The translations under genes were made by a program, and so were the position numbers. Under the pieces are notes generated by a model. It was not told where the DNA came from and did not search any database. It saw nothing but the letters and a program-made list of their open reading frames with translations. A DNA stretch of 64,000 bases from Acidobacteriota bacterium. Its GTDB lineage: Bacteria; Acidobacteriota; UBA890. The stretch lies in contig PCAP01000060.1 in NCBI GenBank assembly GCA_002731215.1, positions 97 through 64,096 of the forward strand, in the 5' to 3' direction. Positions 1 through 9,107 of this stretch are shown one piece after another. Every line of letters starts with the position of its first letter. The stretch's first letter is position 1.

Positions 1-245
1 CAACGACGGTCATGAAACTCCGCTTTGACGAAGGTCTCGACGCTGCCGCCGCACTTGATATTGCTATCGAAGCACTTTTCCAGGCAGCTGATGAGGACAG
101 TGCTACTGGTGGTCCCGACATGGTCCGTGGAATATTTCCTGTCATGGCAACTATCACAGCAAATGGCTTTGAGAGAGTTTCCGAAGAGGACGTGGCAGAG
201 AGGACCACTCTCCTCCTCGAACAGCTAACTGCTAGAAGACAATGA
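1..245 (+). CDS. prcB: proteasome subunit beta, C-terminal fragment; the gene continues upstream of the window
   Basis: The ORF is open to the window edge, with an in-frame 77-aa tail. prcA and pafA follow directly, as in actinobacterial Pup-proteasome loci. The identity rests on synteny; I did not recognise a motif in the fragment. Confidence 0.5.
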   Translation, partial: TTVMKLRFDEGLDAAAALDIAIEALFQAADEDSATGGPDMVRGIFPVMATITANGFERVSEEDVAERTTLLLEQLTARRQ

Positions 246-278
246 CCAGCCCCGGCTGCTGTTGAGAGGACCTGGCCA

Positions 279-956
279 ATGACTGTTCCCATGTACGTAT
301 CGCCGGAACAGGTGATGAAGGACCGGGCCGATTATGCCCGTAAGGGGATTGCTCGAGGACGAGCCGCCGTGGCCAGCATTTACACTGACGGGGTCTTGCT
401 GTGTGCGGAAAATCCTTCGAACACTCTTCGGAAGGTGAGCGAGATCTACGATCGCATCGGCTTCATGGGCGTCGGCAAGTACAACGAGTTCGACCAACTC
501 CGCATCGCTGGTGTGCGACATGCTGATCTGAAGGGTTACTCCTACAGCCGGGCCGATGTGGACGCACGTTGGTTGGCCAACCAGTATGCACAGATTCTGG
601 GCCAGTACTTCACGCATGAGATGAAGCCTCTCGAGGTCGAGATGTTGATTGCGGAAATTAGTGCTGAGCCTGGAGATGACCGCTTGTTCCACCTCCTCTA
701 CGACGGAACGGTTATGGACACTACGACCCATGTCGTGATTGGTGGCGAAGCCGACTCGATTAGGGAACGTTTGGAGGGATCGTGGTCGCCGGATGCAGAA
801 CTGGGTGCTGCTCTGCGCGATGCGGTTGACGCGCTGGCCGGATCTAACAGGACTCTCGCACCCGAAGACATAGAGGTAGCAGTCCTTGCAAGAGACAACG
901 GCAGGCGCGCATTCCGGCGCCTTGAGGGTGAGGCGTTGGCCACACTCCTGAGCTGA
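279..956 (+). CDS. prcA: 20S proteasome subunit alpha
   Basis: 225 aa with proteasome alpha-type sequence ([22 protein letters not shown]). It sits between prcB' and pafA. Confidence 0.85.
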   Translation: MTVPMYVSPEQVMKDRADYARKGIARGRAAVASIYTDGVLLCAENPSNTLRKVSEIYDRIGFMGVGKYNEFDQLRIAGVRHADLKGYSYSRADVDARWLANQYAQILGQYFTHEMKPLEVEMLIAEISAEPGDDRLFHLLYDGTVMDTTTHVVIGGEADSIRERLEGSWSPDAELGAALRDAVDALAGSNRTLAPEDIEVAVLARDNGRRAFRRLEGEALATLLS

Positions 957-969
957 CGGCAGGCTACCC

Positions 970-2328
970 GTGGAGCGGCGCATCTATGGGATCGAAAATG
1001 AGTTTGGAGTCACCTGCACGCTTGATGGCCAGCGCCGCCTGAGTCCTGATGAGGTTGCCCGATACCTGTTTCGCAAAGTGGTCGACTGGGGTAGAAGCTC
1101 GAACGTGTTCCTAGTAAACGGAGCCCGCCTCTACCTGGATGTTGGTTCCCATCCAGAATACGCCACTCCCGAGTGCGACTCAGTTGAGAGCGTTGTTGTC
1201 CACGAGAAAGCGGGGGAGAGAATCCTTGAGCAACTAGTGAGCACGGCTGAGACACGTCTGAAGGAAGAAGGCATCAACGGAGAGATTTTTCTCTTTAAGA
1301 ACAACACAGACTCAGCTGGAAACTCCTATGGGTGCCATGAGAACTATCTGACTACAAGACGCGATGATGCCTCTGAATACACTGAAACGCTCATCCCGTT
1401 CCTTATCAGCCGCCAGATCTACGCGGGGGCGGGAAAGGTGCTTCAAACTGCTCGTGGTGCCATGTATTGCATCAGCCAACGCGCCGAGCACATTTGGGAA
1501 GGTGTCTCCAGTGCTACGACTCGTTCAAGACCGATAATCAACTCAAGGGATGAACCACACGCCGACGCTGAACGCTTTCGTCGTCTCCACGTGATTGTGG
1601 GCGACTCCAACATGAACGAATACGCCTCCTTCTTGAAGGTTGGAGCGTGTGGAATTCTTCTACGTATGCTTGAAGATCCCGGTGTTGTCTTGCGTGATCT
1701 GACCCTCGAGAACCCGATTAGGGCCATCCGCGAGATCAGCCACGATCCGACGTGTCAACGGCGAGTACGCCTGGCAAACGGTCGTGAGCTAACTGCCCTT
1801 GACATACAGAGTGAGTTCCTAGAGAGGGCGCTCAGATTCGCAGAACATCGTGATTTGAGCAATGAAGAGAAAAGGGTCCTGGAGATGTGGCAGCACTGCC
1901 TCGAGGGTCTAGCCAAGGACCCGATGGACCTGGTCGCAGAGTGCGACTGGGTTGCCAAGTTACTCCTGGTAGACGGCTATAAGGCGCGCCACAACCTCCC
2001 CCTTTCGGATCCAGCCGTAGCGTTGGTAGATCTCCAATATCATGATGTAGATCAACGCCGGGGGCTTTTCTACCGTCTACAAGATCGGGGACTCGTGGAG
2101 CGGACCACAAACGATGCTGCCATCGAAGATGCCAAGGTGCATGCGCCTAGCACCACCCGGGCGCGTCTCCGAGGCGAGTTCATTAGGCGCGCGAAGGAGC
2201 GAAACCGGGACTACACAGTCGATTGGGTACATCTGAAGTTGAACGATCAAGCCCAACGGACCGTGTTATGCAAGGACCCGTTTCGAGCTTATGACGACAG
2301 GGTCCAGAAACTCATTGATTCACTCTGA
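970..2328 (+). CDS. pafA: Pup--protein ligase
   Basis: 452 aa with an N-terminal [10 protein letters not shown] motif typical of the PafA/Dop carboxylate-amine ligase family. It lies immediately downstream of prcA. Confidence 0.9.
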   Translation: MERRIYGIENEFGVTCTLDGQRRLSPDEVARYLFRKVVDWGRSSNVFLVNGARLYLDVGSHPEYATPECDSVESVVVHEKAGERILEQLVSTAETRLKEEGINGEIFLFKNNTDSAGNSYGCHENYLTTRRDDASEYTETLIPFLISRQIYAGAGKVLQTARGAMYCISQRAEHIWEGVSSATTRSRPIINSRDEPHADAERFRRLHVIVGDSNMNEYASFLKVGACGILLRMLEDPGVVLRDLTLENPIRAIREISHDPTCQRRVRLANGRELTALDIQSEFLERALRFAEHRDLSNEEKRVLEMWQHCLEGLAKDPMDLVAECDWVAKLLLVDGYKARHNLPLSDPAVALVDLQYHDVDQRRGLFYRLQDRGLVERTTNDAAIEDAKVHAPSTTRARLRGEFIRRAKERNRDYTVDWVHLKLNDQAQRTVLCKDPFRAYDDRVQKLIDSL

Positions 2329-2360
2329 AACAGCTTCGGCAGTATGTCTAGGCTTGCAGG

Positions 2361-3284
2361 ATGAAGAAGTTGGAGCGGATGCTCAACCTGGTTGCGGCAC
2401 TATTGGCAACCGAGCGCCCTCTAAGTCGACAGGATTTACGCGGCAAGCTTCCCCATGGTTCGTATTCGGACAACGATGAAAGCTTTAGGCGCACTTTCGA
2501 ACGCGATAAGGATGAGCTTCGCTCAATGGGGCTACCTCTATCTGTCGAAAACGTACCTGGTACTGATCCGCCTCTCGACGGCTATCGGATCCGGCCTGGA
2601 GACTACGAGGCTGACCTTCCTGCACTGACCCCCGCCGAACTAGCTGCCCTGCACCTGGCCTCCAACCTCGTTCGTCTAGACGATGTCCCGCGGTCGGACC
2701 CGTTTTGGCAGTTGGGAGGAGTTGCACAATCCGATTCTCCTCAAGTGGGAGCGGTTGCTGATGTCCCTGCCGACGACGTCATCAGATTGCTGATGTCGGC
2801 GACCGCCGAGAGGAGGATCGTGAGATTCACCTACAACACCAATAGCCGAGTTGTCGAACCACACCGGCTCGTGTTCACCCGTGGCCGCTGGTACCTGGCC
2901 GGCCATGACCAAGGACCGAATGAGGCACGGCAGTTTCGTGTTGACCGGATAGGGGGGCCGGTGGACTGCAGCGAAGGAGATGCTTTCGTTAGGCCCGAGG
3001 ATCCGGTTGATGTAAGCATCGAACCAGCTTGGCGCTATGGCGAGGACGGTACCCTAATCGCTCGCCTGCTCGTACATGAGCGTCACATTCCCTGGGTCTC
3101 CGACTTCCTTGGACCGACCGGCGTGGTCGAGCATCTAGCGGATGGTTCTGCCATCTTTGAAGAGCCCGTAAGTAACCGAGCGGCATTCAGATCCTTTGTA
3201 CTCACGTTCCTAGATGGCGCGGAGGTACTCGGCCCAGAAGAGTTACGGAGCGATTTTATTAATTGGCTCGAGCCACTCCGATGA
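2361..3284 (+). CDS. pafB: proteasome accessory factor B (HTH-WYL transcriptional regulator)
   Basis: N-terminal winged HTH (LNLVAALLATERPLSRQDL) and a WYL-like domain (GRWYLAGHD). It overlaps pafC as in mycobacteria. Confidence 0.8.
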   Translation: MKKLERMLNLVAALLATERPLSRQDLRGKLPHGSYSDNDESFRRTFERDKDELRSMGLPLSVENVPGTDPPLDGYRIRPGDYEADLPALTPAELAALHLASNLVRLDDVPRSDPFWQLGGVAQSDSPQVGAVADVPADDVIRLLMSATAERRIVRFTYNTNSRVVEPHRLVFTRGRWYLAGHDQGPNEARQFRVDRIGGPVDCSEGDAFVRPEDPVDVSIEPAWRYGEDGTLIARLLVHERHIPWVSDFLGPTGVVEHLADGSAIFEEPVSNRAAFRSFVLTFLDGAEVLGPEELRSDFINWLEPLR

Positions 3285-4234
3285 ACAGCCTGACTGCACT
3301 AGAACGACTTCGCCGTCTCCTGGCCGTAATCCCATGGGTGGTGGACCAGGATGGGCCTCTGATTGAAGAGATCGTTGAGAGGTTTGACTACAGCAGGGAT
3401 GAATTGCTTGACGACCTCGAACACGTTTTGTTTTTCGTCGGCGTCCACCCATTCACCCCCGATTGCCTGATTGACGTGACAGTCTCTGAGGATCGAGTCT
3501 GGATTCAGTACGCGGACTGGTTCAGACGCCCTATGCGCCTGAGTGCTGCAGAGATGTTGCAGATCTATGCCGCGGGTCGTTCTGTTGTCGAAATCACCGG
3601 CGATAACCACCTTGGACCCCTTGAGCGCGCACTAACCAAGTTGGCAAGTGGCATGATTTCTGGGAGCAACGAGACAGTTGAGGTGCGGCTCGGAGCTGGC
3701 TCCATGGAGATCATCGACGTTGTCAGATCAGCGATCGCTGATCGAAAATCAATTGATATCGACTACTACTCCTATGGACGAGATACTGCTGGAGCCCGCC
3801 TCGTGGATCCACACAGGTTCTACGCAGACAAAGGCCACTGGTACGTTGCTGGCCACTGCCATAAAGCTGCTTCTCAGAGGGTCTTTCGCGTCGATCGCAT
3901 CAGCCGGTGTGACGAAACCTCCTTGGAGTTCGAGAGGCCCTTGTTGGATGAGGACCACGATTATCAGATTCCCACCGATGGCCGCCTTCCTGAAGTTCTT
4001 CTCGAGTTGGCATCGGAAGCTAGGTGGGTCGTCGAAGAATATCCCCATAGTGGCGTAGAGGAGGAATCTGGTGGCAAGTTGCGCGTGCGCCTCCCGGTCT
4101 CCTCAGCACACTGGTTGGAGCGCTTGCTGCTGCGTCTTGGGCCAACCGGAAAAGTCATCAAATGGCCTGATGGACTTGGAATGGAACTCCGCTCTGAAGC
4201 TGCTCAGCGCATCCTGGCCCTCTATGGTGTCTGA
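3263..4234 (+). CDS. pafC: proteasome accessory factor C (WYL-domain protein)
   Basis: Paralogue of pafB with a WYL motif (GHWYVAGHC). It has a 22-nt overlap with pafB. Confidence 0.8.
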   Translation: MARATPMNSLTALERLRRLLAVIPWVVDQDGPLIEEIVERFDYSRDELLDDLEHVLFFVGVHPFTPDCLIDVTVSEDRVWIQYADWFRRPMRLSAAEMLQIYAAGRSVVEITGDNHLGPLERALTKLASGMISGSNETVEVRLGAGSMEIIDVVRSAIADRKSIDIDYYSYGRDTAGARLVDPHRFYADKGHWYVAGHCHKAASQRVFRVDRISRCDETSLEFERPLLDEDHDYQIPTDGRLPEVLLELASEARWVVEEYPHSGVEEESGGKLRVRLPVSSAHWLERLLLRLGPTGKVIKWPDGLGMELRSEAAQRILALYGV

Positions 4235-4254
4235 CCGCCACCGGTCCCACCTGC

Positions 4255-5238
4255 ATGGGGGCTAGGTTCGGAGTTATGGAAGGTGAACAGTTCGAAGGCG
4301 ATGAAGGGCCTGATCTTGAGGACACCTGGGCTGACGAACTCATAGAACGTGCAAGGGCTAAGAGTGCTGCTCATCCAGAGTCATTTTCCGGTGAGCCTGT
4401 TCCGAACGAGGGTCATCCACCTGAGAAGCATGCCGATGCTGAGTCGAAGGACACCGATCCGGGACTTCCAACAATGAGGGAACCAACAACTGATCATCGA
4501 CCCCCGTTGGTTACCTTCGAAGATCTCCACGGTTCGTCGGCATCGGTTCTTGAGTCGCCGCCTGAAGTATCCCAGGCCCCTGCTCCACGCCTTGACCAAC
4601 CAGACCTCCGGTTCACCTCTAAAACACCAGCTGTTGGGAGCGTCCAACAGGTTGACCTCGGCCTACCGGGGCCCCGACACGGTTTGGGAAAAGTCCTTTT
4701 CGAATGGGGAAGTGTGATTGTGGCTGCCCTAGCGATGGCCCTCTTGGTGAAAGCCTTCTTGTTTCAGGCCTTTTACATCCCCTCACCGTCTATGGAGCCG
4801 ACTCTCGACAATGGCGACCGCATCATTGTCAACAAACTCAGTTACAGGTTGCATGACGTCAACAGAGGTGATGTCGTGGTCTTCAAAGACCCGCAGGGAG
4901 CAGTGAACGGAATCGAAGACTTGATCAAGCGCGTTGTTGCACTCCCCGGTGAGACCATTAGTACGGAGGCTGGAAGGGTGCTCATCAATGGTGGCTTGCT
5001 CCTGGAACCCTACCTAATCTCCCAGGACCTAACGGGGGGTTTCAGCCTTCCGCCCGGATGTCAGAATCCGACGAACGCCTCCGACGGTTGCCTCGTGCCA
5101 CCAGGTCACGTGTTCGTACTAGGTGACAATAGGACCAACTCCAAAGATGGACGGTTCTTTGGTCCGATCCCTGAGGGTTCGATTATTGGGCGGGCTTTTC
5201 TCCGGGTTTGGCCTCTCAACGACATTGGCCGTCTGTGA
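4255..5238 (+). CDS. lepB: signal peptidase I (S26) with a long acidic/Pro-rich N-terminal extension
   Basis: S26 boxes are present: SPSMEPTL (catalytic Ser), KRVVALPGE (catalytic Lys) and GDNRTNSKDGR. There is a single TM segment before the catalytic domain and about 150 aa of low-complexity N-terminus. Confidence 0.8.
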   Translation: MGARFGVMEGEQFEGDEGPDLEDTWADELIERARAKSAAHPESFSGEPVPNEGHPPEKHADAESKDTDPGLPTMREPTTDHRPPLVTFEDLHGSSASVLESPPEVSQAPAPRLDQPDLRFTSKTPAVGSVQQVDLGLPGPRHGLGKVLFEWGSVIVAALAMALLVKAFLFQAFYIPSPSMEPTLDNGDRIIVNKLSYRLHDVNRGDVVVFKDPQGAVNGIEDLIKRVVALPGETISTEAGRVLINGGLLLEPYLISQDLTGGFSLPPGCQNPTNASDGCLVPPGHVFVLGDNRTNSKDGRFFGPIPEGSIIGRAFLRVWPLNDIGRL

Positions 5239-5295
5239 GTCGCTTACCAGCTCCCTTCTAAGTTTCCGGCTTTCAAGCACCGGTAGGCTCAACGA

Positions 5296-5631
5296 ATGGG
5301 AAATCTGGGAGGAAGTGAGATTCTTGTCATTCTCCTCATTGGTCTCTTGGTGCTGGGACCCACAAGACTGCCTGAACTCACCCGCCAGATAGGTCGTGCG
5401 CTGAGAGAGGTCCGCAAAGTGACTACGGGGTTCCAAGAGGAGTTGCGCGCTGCCGTTGAAGACCCCATCGTTGAGGCGGAGGCGCGAATACGAGGGACCG
5501 TTCTGACCTCTGAAACCGCCGAGAACCAAGGAACGGAAGCTCGATCAGACATTTCTGACTCAAATGAGAAGAGCGAACCGACGGGAAGTAACGGAACCCA
5601 GCTTGAAAAGACAACTCAGGAAGACGACTGA
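5296..5631 (+). CDS. tatA: twin-arginine translocase subunit, TatA/TatB family
   Basis: N-terminal TM helix plus amphipathic helix. The hinge motif is LGP-RLPE, which is TatB-like rather than the F-G-KKLP of TatA. It is directly upstream of tatC. Confidence 0.8.
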   Translation: MGNLGGSEILVILLIGLLVLGPTRLPELTRQIGRALREVRKVTTGFQEELRAAVEDPIVEAEARIRGTVLTSETAENQGTEARSDISDSNEKSEPTGSNGTQLEKTTQEDD

Positions 5632-5639
5632 AGCTCGAG

Positions 5640-6410
5640 ATGTCTGACAACAGATCCGGCACGATGTCCCTCGTCTCCCACCTTGAGGAACTTCGAAAGC
5701 GCATCCTGCTCTCCCTGCTTGGCGTTGCCATCGGCGCTGTTGCTTGCTGGGTGCTCTACCCACAAATTCTCGATCTGCTATTAAGGCCCTACTGCAGCAT
5801 TCGTGGTAAAACCGCCGCGGAATCTGTATTTGGCAGCGGGTGTGAGCTACTGGTGACTGATCCGTTGGAGCCCTTTTCAGTGCGCCTCAGCGTTGCCGGG
5901 TACGGCGGTCTGGCCCTAGCCATGCCGGTATTGCTCTGGCATCTCTGGCGTTTTATCGTGCCGGGGCTCTATTCGCGAGAAAGACGATGGGCAATTCCGT
6001 TCGTCTTGTCAGGCCTGGTTCTGTTCGCCGGTGGCTGTGCTCTCGCCTACTGGAGTATCCCTAGGGCTCTTGACTTCCTCGTCGATATCGGTGGCCCTGA
6101 CTTGATCAGCGTGTTTTCACCAGCCAAGTACATCAGTTTCGTCATCAAGATGACCATGGCCTTTGGTATCGGTTTCGAGTTTCCCCTGATCCTCGTTTTC
6201 CTGCAGTTGATCGGTATCCTCACGCCGGCCGCTCTCCGTCGGTCCCGCCGTTACGCCATCATCGGAATAGTCACCTTGGTTGCCATCCTGACGCCGAGCG
6301 GTGATCCATTTACACTCTTGATTCTCTCTGGACCGATGTGGCTCTTTTATGAGATTTCGATCTTGATTGGAGCACTTCGTCAGCGACGACAGAGACGTGC
6401 CGAAGATTGA
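5640..6410 (+). CDS. tatC: twin-arginine translocase subunit TatC
   Basis: 256 aa with six predicted TM segments and an N-terminal TatC signature (HLEELRKRIL). It overlaps helY by 4 nt. Confidence 0.85.
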   Translation: MSDNRSGTMSLVSHLEELRKRILLSLLGVAIGAVACWVLYPQILDLLLRPYCSIRGKTAAESVFGSGCELLVTDPLEPFSVRLSVAGYGGLALAMPVLLWHLWRFIVPGLYSRERRWAIPFVLSGLVLFAGGCALAYWSIPRALDFLVDIGGPDLISVFSPAKYISFVIKMTMAFGIGFEFPLILVFLQLIGILTPAALRRSRRYAIIGIVTLVAILTPSGDPFTLLILSGPMWLFYEISILIGALRQRRQRRAED

Positions 6411-8437
6411 TACCCGTTTGGCCGTTCAAGCTCGACAGCTTCCAGAATGAGGCGATCAAGTCCATAGACGGGGGACACTCGGTCCTTGTGGCGGCACCCA
6501 CATCCAGTGGCAAGACGGTCGTTGCCGAGCATGCAATCAACAGCGCTATAGCAGCCGGTTCCAGGGCCTTCTACACGGCACCCATCAAGGCCCTGTCGAA
6601 CCAGAAGTTCAGAGACCTCACGCGAATGCTGGGACCTGGCCAGGTGGGTCTTTTGACTGGCGACAACGCCATCTCACCAGGGGCACAGGTAGTCGTGATG
6701 ACCACCGAGGTTCTAAGGAATATGCTTTATTCGGACTCCGAGGCTGTTGACGACCTTGGCTGGGTTGTCCTCGACGAGGTGCACTTCCTGGAAGATCCCT
6801 ACCGTGGCGCGGTTTGGGAAGAGGTACTCCTAAACCTTCCCGGTCACGTCAGGGTCGTGGCATTGTCAGCCACCGTTTCGAACGCTGAAGAACTCGGTTC
6901 CTGGCTGAATGAAATTCGGGGAACTACGGATGTAATCGTGGAAAGGAACCGACCGGTTCCATTACGTAGTCTCTACCTCATCTCTGAGCGCCGTGGAAAG
7001 AGGCAGCTTCACCGGGTGCCTATCTCCAAGGGTGGCGAATCCAATACCAAAGGAGAACGCTACGACCTCGAAGGGCGAAGGGCACGGGGTCGGCAAGCAT
7101 ACGGTTGGTCGCCACCCAAACGGAGAGAGGTCCTTCGCGAACTCCAACGCAGCCACCTGCTACCAGCCATTCACTTCATATTTAGTCGGGCTGGATGTGA
7201 TGACGCACGTGACTCGCTAATTCGCGATGGGATCAATCTCAATAGCCAGAGCGAAAATGCTGAGGTGGAGTCATTCTTGTCGTCGCGGCTTATGGATCTC
7301 TCACCTGAAGATCAGAATGTACTCAGTGTCAGCCAGTGGAAAGAAGGCCTCAGGAGGGGAATAGCGGCCCACCACGCTGGCATTCTGCCCCTCTTCAAGG
7401 AATTGACTGAAGAGTTGTTCGCGTCAGGCCTCTTGAAGGTCGTCTACGCAACCGAGACCCTGGCTCTAGGTGTGAACCTGCCGGCTCGCTCAGTGGTCAT
7501 AGAGAAGCTGATGAAGTTCACTGGTGATACCCATGAATTGCTCACACCTGGACAGTTCGCGCAGTTAACCGGTAGGGCTGGAAGGCGCGGCATCGATGCC
7601 GAAGGAAGTGCTCTTATCTGCTGGTCACCCTTCGTTACGTTCAAACAGGTTGCCGAACTGGCACGAAGCAATGAGTTCCTCCTGAAATCCGCCTTTAGGC
7701 CGACCTACAACATGATCGCAAACTTGATGGCTACCCGTACGAGAGAAGAGTCCCGGGACCTCCTGGCACGGTCCTTCGCCCAATTTCAGACTCACAGTCG
7801 CCAAACCGAGGCCTCGAACCTCGTCCAAATTGTGGACCGCATGGAACGTGTTCTTGAGCAAAGAGAGATGGCTTCATCGTGGCAACTAACAGAGCGTGGA
7901 AAACCCTTAGCGAGGATCCACAACGAAGCCGACCTGTTGGTAGTCGAGGCTCTTCGAGCTCGGCTGCTAGATGGCCTCACACCCGGAGAGACAGCGGCTG
8001 TCGTGTCGTGTCTGACCTACAAAAAGCGAGGTCCCCGTAATCTCATGGTGCCCGAACCAGGCGGTCGGATCGGGAGGAGGATCCGATCAATTTCAGACCT
8101 CAGTCGGAGCATCCGGGAGGAAAGCGCCGACCAGGGGGTAGCCCACGAGTTTCAGACATCTCACGGTCTGGCTGAGAGGATAATGCATTGGGTGGATGGA
8201 GGCAGCCTCACGAGTGCCCTAGAGGGGACTATGAGCGCTGGGGAGTTTGTCCGTAACGTGCGACTCGTCTCCGACCTGCTCGGACAGATCGAAAAGGTCG
8301 CCGACCCCGAGCTAGCTGCAGCAGCATTTCAAGCCATCGGCAACCTAGAAAGAGGTGTGGTTGTTATGGCTGGTGCAGTCTCCGAGTCGGCACCCCGCCA
8401 TCCCACTGTTACTGCTGATAGTCCGGAAGCGGCATAA
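6407..8437 (+). CDS. helY: Ski2-like DEAD/DEAH-box RNA helicase HelY, compact form
   Basis: Walker A (APTSSGKT), DEVH box, SAT and QLTGRAGRRG motifs. Conserved synteny downstream of tatC. At 676 aa it is roughly 230 aa shorter than mycobacterial HelY. Confidence 0.8.
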   Translation: MIPVWPFKLDSFQNEAIKSIDGGHSVLVAAPTSSGKTVVAEHAINSAIAAGSRAFYTAPIKALSNQKFRDLTRMLGPGQVGLLTGDNAISPGAQVVVMTTEVLRNMLYSDSEAVDDLGWVVLDEVHFLEDPYRGAVWEEVLLNLPGHVRVVALSATVSNAEELGSWLNEIRGTTDVIVERNRPVPLRSLYLISERRGKRQLHRVPISKGGESNTKGERYDLEGRRARGRQAYGWSPPKRREVLRELQRSHLLPAIHFIFSRAGCDDARDSLIRDGINLNSQSENAEVESFLSSRLMDLSPEDQNVLSVSQWKEGLRRGIAAHHAGILPLFKELTEELFASGLLKVVYATETLALGVNLPARSVVIEKLMKFTGDTHELLTPGQFAQLTGRAGRRGIDAEGSALICWSPFVTFKQVAELARSNEFLLKSAFRPTYNMIANLMATRTREESRDLLARSFAQFQTHSRQTEASNLVQIVDRMERVLEQREMASSWQLTERGKPLARIHNEADLLVVEALRARLLDGLTPGETAAVVSCLTYKKRGPRNLMVPEPGGRIGRRIRSISDLSRSIREESADQGVAHEFQTSHGLAERIMHWVDGGSLTSALEGTMSAGEFVRNVRLVSDLLGQIEKVADPELAAAAFQAIGNLERGVVVMAGAVSESAPRHPTVTADSPEAA

Positions 8438-8443
8438 AAGGCC

Positions 8444-9052
8444 ATGCCACTGTCTAGAGGTGCAGACTGGGGTGGAAGCGGCCCTCCGCCGGGCGGGTAT
8501 GTTCTGGCTGCCAGCGATCTTGAAGTTCGCAGAATTGTGACCCGGGCTCGCTCTTCGGGAGCAGATATTCCCGTGATCAAACTCACAGGGGGCGATCTCT
8601 GGAGGTCGCTTGGTGGAAGAAACCCGGAACGGCCATTCTCTGAAAACTTAACCACGGTGGGAGTCGACGTCGGCTCTGCTCTACTAGACGGTCAGATCTA
8701 CTGGTTCATTGCACACCTAGTAGCCCGTCGAACCTGGTTCAGCGGTCGGTGCTGGGTAGCAGCCAATTCGTCACACTATGGTTCTTGGAACTTGGCCCCT
8801 CGAGCACATCCCGGCGATGGCCTTCTGGATCTCCTGGACTCGGACTTACCGTTGTTTCAACGGCTACAGGCGCAGAGAAGGCTGCACGCTGGTATTCACG
8901 TTCCACATCCCGGTATCGCTTACAAGAGACTTCCAGCAAGTCAGGTCACATTTCCAAAGGCAGTACCTGTCTATCTCGACTCTGAACGCGTAGGGACCTT
9001 CAGGAACGTCTCTGTACGGATTGAGGAATCTGCCCTTGAACTGGTTCTCTAA
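8444..9052 (+). CDS. hypothetical protein resembling only the C-terminal accessory domain of DAGK/YegS-type lipid kinases
   Basis: Contains HYGSWNLAPRAHPGDGLLDLL and C-terminal VYLDSERVG motifs like the YegS/DgkA accessory domain. The N-terminus has only a degenerate GGD (no GGDGT). It starts 7 nt after helY. Confidence 0.4.
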   Translation: MPLSRGADWGGSGPPPGGYVLAASDLEVRRIVTRARSSGADIPVIKLTGGDLWRSLGGRNPERPFSENLTTVGVDVGSALLDGQIYWFIAHLVARRTWFSGRCWVAANSSHYGSWNLAPRAHPGDGLLDLLDSDLPLFQRLQAQRRLHAGIHVPHPGIAYKRLPASQVTFPKAVPVYLDSERVGTFRNVSVRIEESALELVL

Positions 9053-9107
9053 GATGTGGCGACCCCAGGCAAAAGCCAGACTTGGACGAGAACGCTAGGA
9101 TTCCTTA

